DNA of 44,894 nucleotides, taken from Octopus bimaculoides. Its lineage: Eukaryota. The DNA is taken from the NCBI RefSeq assembly GCF_001194135.2, contig NC_068984.1:20515146-20560039 (forward strand), written 5' to 3'. A program made the position numbers and the translations under genes. Shown here piece by piece: positions 1 through 10,935 of the stretch. The notes beneath the pieces are model-generated. The model saw only the letters and a program-made list of their open reading frames with translations. It searched no databases and had not been told where the DNA came from. Within the stretch, counting starts at the first letter, position 1. The number at the start of each line of letters is the position of its first letter.

Positions 1-16
1 ATCGTCGTCGTCGTCG

Positions 17-58
<42 letters not shown>

Positions 59-85
59 CCATCGTCATCATCATCATCATCATCG

Positions 86-126
<41 letters not shown>

Positions 127-135
127 GTCGTCATC
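1..135 (+). repeat. (ATC/GTC)n trinucleotide microsatellite
   Basis: Direct reading: ATC and GTC triplets from the window start. Confidence 0.95.
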
Positions 136-958
136 GTGGTGGTAGTGGTGAGTCTGGCGGCAGCAAAATGTCTTTTAAGTTTGCATATAATTATATGCAT
201 TCATACACAGATATGCATATACGTAAACCTTGTATGTATGTATGTATGTATGTATGTATGTATGTATGTATGTATGTATGTAGGTAGGTATGCATGTATG
301 TATGTATGTATGTATGTAGGTAGGTAGGTAGGTAGGTAGGTAGGTGGGTAGGTATGTCTAGATCTGATGTATTAAAGGACACACATCTGTATAAATAGAA
401 GTTAATATGCATACGTTTGATTTTTTTCCTTCTAAGCAAATCTTTCTGTCTGCACTTGTATATTCATATGTATATGAGGGCATGTTTCATGTTTTCATAT
501 GTATGTACATATTATACATACATACATACATAGATACATACATACATACATACATGCATGCATGCATACATACATACACACACACATATATATACATATA
601 TATATATACACGTTCACAAACATACACACATATATATGTACATGTACATATATATATACATATATATACACACATATGTATATATGTGTATATCTTCATT
701 TGCATGTACGTATGTGTGCGTGCGTGCGTGTGTGTGCATGTGTGTGCGATCGTACAATATTAATGGCGTTTAGTACACCGTTGATGAATTTAATATTCCC
801 AGTCTGTTTTCTCAATAAGAGTTTCTGGGAGACAGATTTGTTAGGACATTCAGGCCCAGGCATAATGCTAACCAGTTCCACCACAAAGAATCCTCGATGA
901 TCAGCCATTATAAACTAGTAGTGCATATGACTAAAACTATCTTAATATTTGGTCGGCT

Positions 959-1357
959 GAGGCAGCGATCTGGCAAAAACGTTAGCACGCCGGGCGAAAT
1001 GCTTAGCGGTATTTCGTCTGCCGTTACGTTCTGAGTTCAAATTCCGCCGAGGTCGACTTTGCCTTTCATCCTTTCGGGGTCGATAAATTAAGTACCAGTT
1101 ACGCACTGGGGTCGATGTAATCGACTTAATCCGTTCGTCTGTTCTTGTTTGTTCCCTCTATGTTTAGCCCCTTGTGGGCAATAACGAAATAGGTATTTCG
1201 TCTGTCTTTACATTCTGAGTTCAAATTCCACCGAGGTCGACTTCGACTTTTATCCTTTCGTGGTTGATAAATTAAGTACCAGTTGCGTACTGGAGTCGAT
1301 CTAATCGACTGGCCGCCTCCCCCAAAAATGTCGGGCCTTGTGGTTAGAGCAGAAGAG
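959..1357 (+). mobile_element. SINE family A (tRNA-like head, Deu/Nin-like central block), dimeric copy
   Basis: A-box-like TGGCAAAAACGTTAG and B-box-like GAGTTCAAATTCC; central GCCTTTCATCCTTTCGGGGTCGATAAA block occurs twice; exact 15-bp TSD AATATTTGGTCGGCT at 944-958 and 1358-1372. Confidence 0.9.
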
Positions 1358-1399
1358 AATATTTGGTCGGCTCCTACGGTATCTGTGTGTGCTATGTAA

Positions 1400-1750
1400 G
1401 TCCAAGCCTGATGCTTACAATTTGGTAATATTCCGGACATTTTTGTATCAGGCCGAGACATGGATGCAGGAGGCAATTAAAGGTTTTCGGCAACTTTAAT
1501 GCATGCTGCTTGCATATAATCTACGGCCTTTTCTCGTATGTCGAGCGTAAAAATAACAGCAAACTTGTTCGATGGAGACTAAACAGGAGTCAAATTCTTG
1601 TCCTCATGTCCCGGATGGGTTGGTCACCTAACCTGTATGAAAGAATCGGTGAAGGAAAAGCGCGCTTGAAGAGACGATCATTTGCTTTGAAGCCGATTGA
1701 GAAAGTGTCCACTCCTCAAGGAAGTGCCTTAAGCCTATGCAAATGTGTTA
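1400..1750 (+). pseudogene. Degenerate RTE-type LINE ORF2 3' remnant
   Basis: Frameshifted translation FLYQAETW / QLKVFGNFNACCLHII ... RWRL ... LYERIGEGK resembles the RTE C-terminus (LLYGAETW ... FNMRCLRHI ... RW.GH ... LYGEL.EGKR). Ends at a (GAA)n tract. Recognition only. Confidence 0.4.
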
Positions 1751-1752
1751 AT

Positions 1753-1888
1753 GAAGAAGAAGAAGAAGAAGAAGAAGAAGAAGAAGAAGAAGAAGAAGAA
1801 GAAGAAGAAGAAGAAGAAGAAGAAGAAGAAGAAGAAGAAGAAGAAGAAGAAGAAGAAGAAGAAGAAGAAGAAGAAGAAGAAGAAGAAG
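1753..1888 (+). repeat. (GAA)n microsatellite, about 45 units
   Basis: Direct reading; it explains the poly-E, poly-K and poly-L ORFs in the track. Confidence 0.97.
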
Positions 1889-2306
1889 ACAAGAAAGAAA
1901 AAAGAAACCGGAACCGTTGTTGACGTGAGGATTAATACAGGCTTGAGGTATCTTCTGCATTGGTGGAATTAATTGAAGCCTATGTTTCACGTAGTTTTCT
2001 TGCAAACTCGAAGTCATGTCTAGATTAAAAATCGCAAACACTAAACACCAATTGTATATATATAGATATCTTGGAATTCAGGCTCGTTTCACTCTTCACG
2101 TCCACCAATGGCTACATGGGGAGTGTTTAGACAGGTAGGTGTGATTAGATACACAGGTGAGAATAAACAGACAGGTATGGTTGGATACTCAGGTGATGGG
2201 TGGATAGACAGGTGTGGTTGCACACATAAAAATTTTCTTCGCTCATATATGCACATACACAAATATACATATACACACACACATGTATATATATATNNNN
2301 NNNNNN

Positions 2307-2349
<43 letters not shown>

Positions 2350-2872
2350 CACGTTCATGTATCTATGTAGCCATCTATACATGCATGTACGGATGTATGT
2401 ATGTGTGCTTATGGGCATCCATTTTCCATGTGTATATATGTATGTATGGATGTATGTACTTTTTATGTATGCATACAATTGTGCATGATATGTACGTGGA
2501 AATGAATGTATGCACTCGTCTGCACACATGTATACATATATGTATTTATGCACACACACACACACATATATATACTAACATATGCACATAAATATATACA
2601 TAGAAATACAGAAACGTAATACATACATACATACATACATACATACATACATACATACATACATACATACATGCAAACACACATCTGGAAAACCTTGCGT
2701 TTTCAGAAAAACGAAATCAAATATCTAACACGTATATTGCAAATACAATCTGTAAGCGGAACAATAAAGATATGCAAATCTGATGGAGCTTTGTATCTTT
2801 GTTAGAGACCAGCTCCTTCTTTACGGGAAGACTGCAAATAATCAAAAACAGAAGGGTACATACATATATATA

Positions 2873-3361
2873 CCGTGTTTCCCCGAAAATAAGACCCGGT
2901 CTTGTATTAATTTTGCATTCAAAAAACGCTCTATGGCTTATTTCCGAGGGATGTCTTCTATTTTTGCGGAAAAAATCCGAGACAAAATGTCTTATGTCCT
3001 CGTGTAAGAGGGGAAAATTGTAAAAAGGAAACTCATGTTTTTAGTTATAAAGAGTTTTTTTTTTTTTTATTTGCTTCTTATTTTTAGTTAAGTACTCTTT
3101 TGAAACATCGTTATAACTCATCAAACCCCGAACTTCAGACTGAATTTCTTGCATATCCATTTCCTGTACAATCATGGATCTCAAGGTCTCATGTTTGGCA
3201 ATATAACTTTCCTTAAATGAATACGTTTTGTCCAAGTACCCTACTCGTAGTGCACTGGCAACGCAGGTGTCGGTAATTTTATTGTGATGTCGCAAACATC
3301 ACATGGTCTTGCTAACAAGCTAATGCATTTCTGACCAGGTATTATTTTCGGGGAAACACGG
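2873..3361. mobile_element. Non-autonomous Tc1/mariner-pogo-type element (MITE)
   Basis: Perfect 20-bp TIR CCGTGTTTCCCCGAAAATAA (2873-2892 / 3342-3361), extendable to about 29 bp with 2 mismatches; TA on both sides (2871-2872, 3362-3363). Confidence 0.9.
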
Positions 3362-4070
3362 TACATACATGCATCGATCCATCCATGTACGTACACACAC
3401 ACGTACGCATGCATGCATACATGTGTATGTATATATATATATATATATATATNNNNNNNNNNNNNNNNNNNNNNNNNNNNNNNNNNNNNNNNNNNNNNNN
3501 NNNNNNNNNNNNNNNNNNNNNNNNNNNNNNNNNNNNNNNNNNNNNNNNNNNNNNNNNNNNNNNNNNNNNNNNNNNNNNNNNNNNNNNNNNNNNNNNNNNN
3601 NNNNNNNNNNNNNNNNNNNNNNNNNNNNNNNNNNNNNNNNNNNNNNNNNNNNNNNNNNNNNNNNNNNNNNNNNNNNNNNNNNNNNNNNNNNNNNNNNNNN
3701 NNNNNNNNNNNNNNNNNNNNNNNNNNNNNNNNNNNNNNNNNNNNNNNNNNNNNNNNNNNNNNNNNNNNNNNNNNNNNNNNNNNNNNNNNNNNNNNNNNNN
3801 NNNNNNNNNNNNNNNNNNNNNNNNNNNNNNNNNNNNNNNNNNNNNNNNNNNNNNNNNNNNNNNNNNNNNNNNNNNNNNNNNNNNNNNNNNNNNNNNNNNN
3901 NNNNNNNNNNNNNNNNNNNNNNNNNNNNNNNNNNNNNNNNNNNNNNNNNNNNNNNNNNNNNNNNNNNNNNNNNNNNNNNNNNNNNNNNNNNNNNNTATGT
4001 ATATATGTATGTTCTCTTCTATTTCTGATTATTTGCAGTCTTCCTGTAAAGGAGGGGCTGTATGTGTATT

Positions 4071-4381
4071 GTGAAGGCGCATGGCTCAGTGGTTAGAGCA
4101 TGAGGTTGTGAGATCGAGAGTTCGATTCCTGCTTGTCATGTTCTTGAGCAAAGCACTTTATTTCACGTTGCTCCAGTTCACTCGGCTGTAGAAATGAGTT
4201 GCGACGTCACTGGTGCCAAGCTGTATCGGCCCTTGCCTTACCCTTGGATAACATCGGTGGCGTGCAGAGAAGAGGCTGGTATGAATGGGCGAGTGCTGAT
4301 CTTTCCATAAAACAACGTTGCCTCGGAGGGTAACTTTCTAGGTGCAATTCTATAGTCATCCATGACCGAAGGGGGGTCTTT
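4071..4381 (+). mobile_element. tRNA-derived SINE family C
   Basis: A box TGGCTCAGTGG and B box GTTCGATTCC; central TTCTTGAGCAAAGCACTT...CAGTTCACTCGGCTGT block shared with the copy at 40208. Confidence 0.8.
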
Positions 4382-4560
4382 ATGTATGCGCGCACACGTG
4401 TGTGTGTGTATGTGAAAATATATATAATATATATATGTGTATATTTACATACATACTTATGTATGTATGTATGCATGTATGTATGTATGTATGTATGTAT
4501 GTATGAATATATGTGTGTGTTTATGTACGTACGTATGTACGTAAATATACACAGGCCTTT

Positions 4561-4700
4561 TCGGAGTTCAAATTCCGCCGAGGCCGACTTTACCTTTTAT
4601 CATTTCGGGTCGATAAAATAAGTAACAGTTGAGCACTGGGTTGATATAACCAATTTATCCCGTCCCCGAAATTACTGGCCTTGTGCCAAAATTTGAAAAC
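4561..4700 (+). mobile_element. SINE family A, 5'-truncated
   Basis: GAGTTCAAATTCCGCCGAGG...GGCCTTGTGCCAAAATTTGAAA matches the 3' half of other family A copies. Confidence 0.8.
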
Positions 4701-4739
4701 CACTATACACGGACCTTCCTGAAAAAAAGTGAACCCGAC

Positions 4740-5008
4740 CTTCTAGGAACAAAATCTCGTTGCGGCGAATGGCGTATTGCACTCGTCTGCGACAATGAAA
4801 TGCTATCACTTCCATAGTTTCTTTGTTCCTGAGAGCACACATAAGGTTTATTATGGACGTGACAAGTCGTGATTCAGCGGTCACTTGTGCAACTGCATCT
4901 GCCGTTGCACAATGCTCTCTGTATCTACGAGATAGAGACTTGGTCATGCCAAACTGGTTTTTCTCTTCGACAACAGGAAGATCCGTGACATGGAAGCACT
5001 AGATTTTA
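4740..5008 (-). pseudogene. Possible Penelope-like GIY-YIG endonuclease relic
   Basis: FKI*C...FGMTKSLSRRYREH...A.A...ME(V)IA resembles the YKI.C...YIG.T.R.L..R..EH...EA pattern of PLE GIY-YIG domains. Degenerate; recognition only. Confidence 0.4.
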
Positions 5009-5170
5009 AAAGAAAAAAAGAGAGTAACGCAAAAATTGGTCGAATTTAAAAGCGAATCGACAACCATGATATATAAATTTATGCATGTTCTCTTTTTTAT
5101 TTTAAAGTAAATTTTGACCAGCCGCCTACTTGGTAGCAAAGTTGTGAATCAAAGCATCCTGTTTTAACTA

Positions 5171-5412
5171 TCATTCTTTAAACCTTAAAAAGATCTTGCA
5201 GATTTTTATAGTCGCAGATATCACGATCATTTGTAGCATATGAATTAAAGATTTGCATTCTCTTCCCAAGATCCCAAGTTCAGCCATACTTTGCTCCAGA
5301 CATGTTGGTACGTATCCTGTTGCTCCAATTATAACGGGTATGAAACTGAAAGTGTACCTTGTGTACAGGATTTGCAAACTCTTTATCAATGGTCCATGGA
5401 TATTTTCTTCTT
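5171..5412 (-). pseudogene. RLE-type non-LTR retrotransposon 3' fragment
   Basis: Open frame EENIHGPLIKSLQILYTRYTFSFIPVIIGATGYV...LQMIVISATIKICKIFLRF, a typical RLE C-terminus (IP(V/I)IIGA.G, LQ...I..T.KI); 5'-truncated at an (ATAC)n tract. Confidence 0.7.
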
Positions 5413-6915
5413 GTATGTATGTATGTATGTATGTATGTATGTATGTATGTATGTGTATATGCATGTATGCATGTATGTGTATATGCATGTATGTGTATAT
5501 GCATGTATGTTGTCTCGATTTTTCAGTTTTTCACCAACAGAGCAATAACCGCAGTTTAACCCAGACACAAGGCCCTTTCATTGGAATCTAAACAACATCA
5601 ACTAGTTAGCCATGTGTATATGTGAGTATACCGTTTGCAAGTGCATGCATGTATTAGATTGATTCACACAGGCATGAAATTAAATCTGTATGTATGTAAG
5701 CATGTATACATGTACGTATATATGCATGTATGCATGCATGTATGCATGTATATATGTATGTATGTATGTATGTACGTACGTATCTGCGTGTTGTTTATTT
5801 CCAAATTAGCTCTGATTGAGCAGATATAAGATTAAACAACTATTTTTTTAAAAACATCATGTATATAGGGCTAACATTATCTTATATTTCTCTTCTCCTT
5901 TCCTTCTCACGTTTATTTTTTAATTTTTTTTTACTGAGTCTGAGACAGTGGGGTGAGATTTGAGTGAGATTTGATTGCTATTTCTAACTGGCTGAACGAC
6001 CACATAGAGGTTTTCCTCGCTTGCCCGACTTGCCTATTGTTGAAAGTATCGGTATGAAAGTGTATATATACATGTATCGTACCGTGCATGTATTTGCCCA
6101 TATGTGTGTGTGTGTGTGTGTGAGTGTGTGTGTGCGTGTGTATTTGCGCGTGCGTGTGCATGCGGNNNNNNNNNNNNNNNNNNNNNNNNNNNNNNNNNNN
6201 NNNNNNNNNNNNNNNNNNNNNNNNNNNNNNNNNNNNNNNNNNNNNNNNNNNNNNNNNNNNNNNNNNNNNNNNNNNNNNNNNNNNNNNNNNNNNNNNNNNN
6301 NNNNNNNNNNNNNNNNNNNNNNNNNNNNNNNNNNNNNNNNNNNNNNNNNNNNNNNNNNNNNNNNNNNNNNNNNNNNNNNNNNNNNNNNNNNNNNNNNNNN
6401 NNNNNNNNNNNNNNNNNNNGAAAAAGAAAAAGGAAAACCAGATGATACTTCCTGGCTAAGAACTGTTTGTTGCTATTTTAACCTCCTTTCTCCTTTCCTC
6501 TTGCAATCCCTACCTACATTGCCCCCACCAACCTTCGTACCCCCTTTTTCTAGTCCTAGATTTCATAGCCTCCCTCCACATTTCAGCTTCCTCACAGCCC
6601 CAACCGACCTCCATCATCTCCGCAGGGCTCACCTGACTCACTCAATTTTCGTTCATTCGTTAACTTCCTAGTCCCCTCTTATTTTTCTCTTTCATCAATT
6701 CCTACCCTTCACACACACACACACACACACATACACACACATAAACATCCCGTTTACTTACTCCTTCCTCGTCCCCCCATCTCTCTCCCTTCCATATTCT
6801 CTTTCTGTCTCCCTTTTCCTCCCATAAGTTACGAAGTCTATCTTTTACAACATCCTTCCTTTGTGTATGAGTGTATATGTGTGTGTATGTGTATGCATAT
6901 ATCTATATAAGTCTA

Positions 6916-6953
<38 letters not shown>

Positions 6954-7060
6954 CATGCATACATGCATACACACATAGACTTATATACATACATATATAT
7001 ATATTTATGTATGCATATGCATGTGATATATTTATATATATAATACATACACACATATAT

Positions 7061-7305
7061 GTGTGCCTGTGTTTGTCCCCACCCCCTCCCGTCATCGCTT
7101 GGCAGCCGATGCTGGTGTGTTTATGTCCACGTAAATTAGCGGATCGGCAAAATAGACCGATATAATTAAATACTGGGCTCACGAAGAATAGATAAGTCCT
7201 GGGATCGATTTCTTCTATGATCGACTATAACCATTTTAGGCGGTGCTCCAGCATGGCTGCAGTCAAATGACTGAGACACGTAAAAGAATAAAAGTATAAA
7301 AGAAT
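7061..7305 (+). mobile_element. SINE family B, 3' half
   Basis: ...GGCGGTGCTCCAGCATGGCTGCAGTCAAATGACTGAGAC...AAAAGAATAAAAG tail shared with 18375-18812. Confidence 0.8.
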
Positions 7306-7744
7306 ATACATTAACACATTTTCTCTCTTCTCTCATCCTAAATTATCCATATAAAAACCCCACTGCCCTTCCTCTTCTCGAATACCCACTCATTCACNNN
7401 NNNNNNNNNNNNNNNNNNNNNNNNNNNNNNNNNNNNNNNNNNNNNNNNNNNNNNNNNNNNNNNNNNNNNNNNNNNNNNNNNNNNNNNNNNNNNNNNNNNN
7501 NNNNNNNNNNNNNNNNNNNNNNNNNNNNNNNNNNNNNNNNNNNNNNNNNNNNNNNNNNNNNNNNNNNNNNNNNNNNNNNNNNNNNNNNNNNNNNNNNNNN
7601 NNNNNNNNNNNNNNNNNNNNNNNNNNNNNNNNNNNNNNNATTATCTATATGTTATTTTATCTTCCTTGATAAGATGTTATTTCTAACATTAAAGAACCTA
7701 GTCCGCAGATTTATTGTAGAAGAGGAGGTGGTGTTTGTGTGTGG

Positions 7745-8570
7745 CTTTCATGCTTTCGCCATTTCTGATTAGGCACAATAAATGCTACAGAAACTTTAAC
7801 CACAAAGATGTGACAACCATATGCAACCTCTGTGGAATTGACAGTGAGGGCATATCCCAGGCCATGAATAACTGTTCGGAAATGTCATCACAATATTAGC
7901 TACCTATGAAACATGATGTCGTGGTTAGAGCAGAATAGAATGAAATCCATAAAAAGAATAGTTCCGAGGAGACAAATATAAGAAACTACAGCAACAAGGA
8001 GGAGATAACCACACGTAATATGAGAGAACACTGGCGGAATATCTCTGTCAAGACTTTCTATAAATTGCAAGCATAACAGACCAGACAAAATAATCTAGCA
8101 CATAAAAATGTAACTATGCACAGTGGTTGAAATCACTTGTCTTGCAGATGTCAACATAGAGCAATGATTCCTAACGTGGGGCACACGCTCCGCCGGTCGG
8201 GCCTGTGAGAATTATGGTGGGGCGTAGGATCCAAAATTGTTTTTTCTAGTGGGACATGGAATTGTTAAAATCTTTTTTTTCACAGCAAACATACCACACC
8301 TGTACGTTTTTCCAACCACCAGTGGGGTGTACTTTTTTCTGGTAAGTTTTAGTGGGGTCTGGGGGAAAATAAGTTGGGAAACACTAAGTTAGAAGTTAGT
8401 GAAAAAGAAAGCATCTAAGCCAAACTTATAAGAAATGTGGTTACTCCATCCGGACTATAACTTTAGATTTCAACCAATAATCGTTGGAACACTTGGTTAC
8501 ACGACTAACTACGTCTGGCCAATTTTTAAAAGACTGATTTCAAAACTTCAGAAAGAATATACCTTATCAG
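7745..8570 (+). pseudogene. RLE-type non-LTR retrotransposon ORF fragment (zinc knuckle plus endonuclease), split by a MITE
   Basis: CNLCGIDSEGISQAMNNC...LPMKHDVV (decayed CCHC knuckle); WRNISVKT..KHNRPD...CTVVEITCLADVNI (PD..E/D nuclease core); after the MITE, SEKESI*AKLIRN / WLLHPDYNFRFQPIIVGTLGY...LISKLQ. Confidence 0.75.
8162..8386. mobile_element. hAT-type MITE nested in the RLE LINE
   Basis: Imperfect TIR CAATGATTCCTAAC / GTTGGGAAACACTA; degenerate 8-bp TSD ACATAGAG / AGTTAGAA (5/8, TAGA core); its removal rejoins the LINE frame. Confidence 0.6.
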
Positions 8571-8920
8571 AGGATTACGCCTACCAGCTGTCCATGCTAC
8601 TATCAACATATGTAAACATTCAAAGTTCAGCATATAATAACATCCATAAATGCAATGACATACATGCCTGCGCTCGTTCGCATGCACACATGCCAATGCC
8701 AATGTATATACATACACAAGTACATGCATAATACCTATANNNNNNNNNNNNNNNNNNNNNNNNNNNNNNNNNNNNNNNNNNNNNNNNNNNNNNNNNNNNN
8801 NNNNNNNNNNNNNNNNNNNNNNNNNNNNNNNNNNNNNNNNNNNNNNNNNNNNNNNNNNNNNNNNNNNNNNNNNNNNNNNNNNNNNNNNNNNNNNNNNNNN
8901 NNNNNNNNNNNNNNNNNNNN

Positions 8921-8951
<31 letters not shown>

Positions 8952-8954
<3 letters not shown>

Positions 8955-9850
8955 GGTGTCCCAAAAGTCACTATACACTTGCTTTTTCTATTTCGTTTCA
9001 GGTTTCATTCGGACACCTTAGGCTTTGCAGTCTTTGTTAGTGTATCATTTCCTTGCCTATGGCTCGCCAATTGACGTTAGAGAAGCGTTGTGAAATTGCC
9101 ACCTGGCAAGAAGTTTTTCAGTCCCTTACTGCAATTCAACGAGAGTTTAAGAAGGTTTATGACCATCACACTGCTCCAATACGTAGCACAATTTGTGCTA
9201 TCCTTAGCAAGTTTCTCGAAGCAGGATCTGTTCTTGACAAACCACTCAGTGGAAGGCCTGCTACTACCACCACTGATGAAAATACCGAACTCCTGGAGAA
9301 GGCGTTCGCGAAAAGCCAGGGTAAGTCCATCTGGAGGGCTGCACTGGAACTTAGCATCAACAAAAGCTCGATTCAGCGGATGCTCCGGAGCGTGATAAAA
9401 CTCTACCCGTACCGAATTCAGGTTGTTCAAAGGCGTTAAGCGGAAGATCATGATGCTCGTGTGGAAATGTGTGAATCTCTCCTCTACCATTACCAAAACG
9501 ATTCTCAGCTCTTGGAAAACTTATGATTCATCTCTCTGGTTAGGTCAACCGACACAATTGTCGAATGTGGGGAAAATAAAACCAGCAGAAATTCTCGAAC
9601 ATGAACAAGACTCTCTGAAGCTGGTGGTATGGTGTGCAATGTCTAGTTCTGGGCTGCTTGGACCATTTTTCTTCCGTGATGCATCCGGTAACCACTGTTA
9701 CAGGGGAAAATTGCCAGGTGATGCTGTAGGAGTTTGCTGTGTCACAACTTCAGGTGAGGAGTGATCTTTCTAGTGTCATTTTTCAACAAGACGGAGCCCT
9801 GGAATGCGTCACTGCTGGAATGCGTTATGATCAAATATTTACCTGATCAG
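8952..9850 (+). mobile_element. Decayed Tc1/mariner transposon (maT/DD37D-like transposase), right end missing
   Basis: Left TIR-like CAGGGTGTCCCAAAAGTCAC at 8952. ORF 9059-9439 has an HTH-like AIQREFKK...KFLEAGSVLDKPLSGRP and LYPYRIQVVQ. Frameshifted FHLSG*VNRHNCRMWG, LEHEQDSLKLVVWCAMSSSGLLGPFFF and FQQDGA (9781-9798) follow. The first catalytic D region is deleted. Confidence 0.9.
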
Positions 9851-10109
9851 ATCTGACTTAAGCAGCAACAGCAAAATGTAATGTCTCCTCGTTTGCCAAA
9901 TATTAATCGGTGACTGTACAACAAGCGTAGATTCAGGCTTCAGACAATTGAGTCTTGACATTAGGGATGTTCGCTTGAGAATCTGGGCAACACTGAGTTA
10001 TTAGGGGGGGGGGGTTCGTTTGGACCTTTGGGCCACTCTGGGTTATGTCTTTCGGATCAGTCTCGTTTCATTTATGCAAATTACCCCTAGACTATAAATA
10101 TATCTTTAT

Positions 10110-10227
10110 CTTTTATTTATTTCAGTCATTAGATTGTGGCCATGCTGGGGCACTGCTTTGAAAAACTCTTAGTCGAATGAATCGATCGATTCCAGTACTT
10201 ATTATTATTTTTAGCCTGTACTTACTC
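10110..10227 (-). mobile_element. SINE family B 3' end (cut by gap)
   Basis: TTTCAGTCATTAGATTGTGGCCATGCTGGGGCACTGC is the reverse of the family B tail. Confidence 0.7.
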
Positions 10228-10675
10228 NNNNNNNNNNNNNNNNNNNNNNNNNNNNNNNNNNNNNNNNNNNNNNNNNNNNNNNNNNNNNNNNNNNNNNNNN
10301 NNNNNNNNNNNNNNNNNNNNNNNNNNNNNNNNNNNNNNNNNNNNNNNNNNNNNNNNNNNNNNNNNNNNNNNNNNNNNNNNNNNNNNNNNNNNNNNNNNNN
10401 NNNNNNNNNNNNNNNNNNNNNNNNNNNNNNNNNNNNNNNNNNNNNNNNNNNNNNNNNNNNNNNNNNNNNNNNNNNNNNNNNNNNNNNNNNNNNNNNNNNN
10501 NNNNNNNNNNNNNNNNNNNNNNNNNNNNNNNNNNNNNNNNNNNNNNNNNNNNNNNNNNNNNNNNNNNNNNNNNNNNNNNNNNNNNNNNNNNNNNNNNNNN
10601 NNNNNNNNNNNNNNNNNNNNNNNNNNNNNNNNNNNNNNNNNNNNNNNNNNNNNNTTTTTTTTTTTTTTTTGTATA

Positions 10676-10855
10676 TGATGGGGTGCTGAAAAGTTCGCTT
10701 TAAGGGTATCACGAAAAGCCTGGTTGGAGGCCAAACCTTCTGAGTTCTTTTATAGGGCTTAGAAAAACTGAAGAACCGCTGGTGAATCTGAGAGGGAAAC
10801 TGATTCTCCTCTACTTTTTTTTACCCAATGCCAGGAACTTTTCAGCACCCCCTCC
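10676..10855. mobile_element. Mariner-type MITE
   Basis: TIR GGGGTGCTGAAAAGTTC / GAACTTTTCAGCACCCC, flanked by TA at 10674-10675 and 10856-10857. Confidence 0.85.
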
Positions 10856-10890
10856 TATGTCTTACCTGCTGAAGGTGTGGTAGAGCAATT

Positions 10891-10935
10891 GCTGTGCTGA
10901 TGATTCCTATTGAGGCAGAAACAGGCATCTACAGC
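10891..10935 (+). ncRNA. Degenerate type I hammerhead ribozyme motif
   Basis: Helix I GCTGTG/TACAGC (6 bp, one G.U); core CTGATGA; helix II TTCCT-ATTG-AGGCA (4/5 pairs); GAAA; AUC triplet; helix III mispaired (C/A). Confidence 0.5.

Noticed and set aside
136-900. ORFs rich in MYVC/HTYI
   Set aside because: Translations of TA/CA/TACA microsatellites; the same applies to similar ORFs throughout the window.
1510-2041. Poly-Glu, poly-Lys and poly-Leu ORFs
   Set aside because: All three are readings of one (GAA)n tract.
10867-10929. 63-nt minus-strand exon-like segment (MPVSASIGIISTAIALPHLQQ, CAG|GTAAGA)
   Set aside because: Weak acceptor, and the segment is better explained by the hammerhead-like fold on the plus strand.
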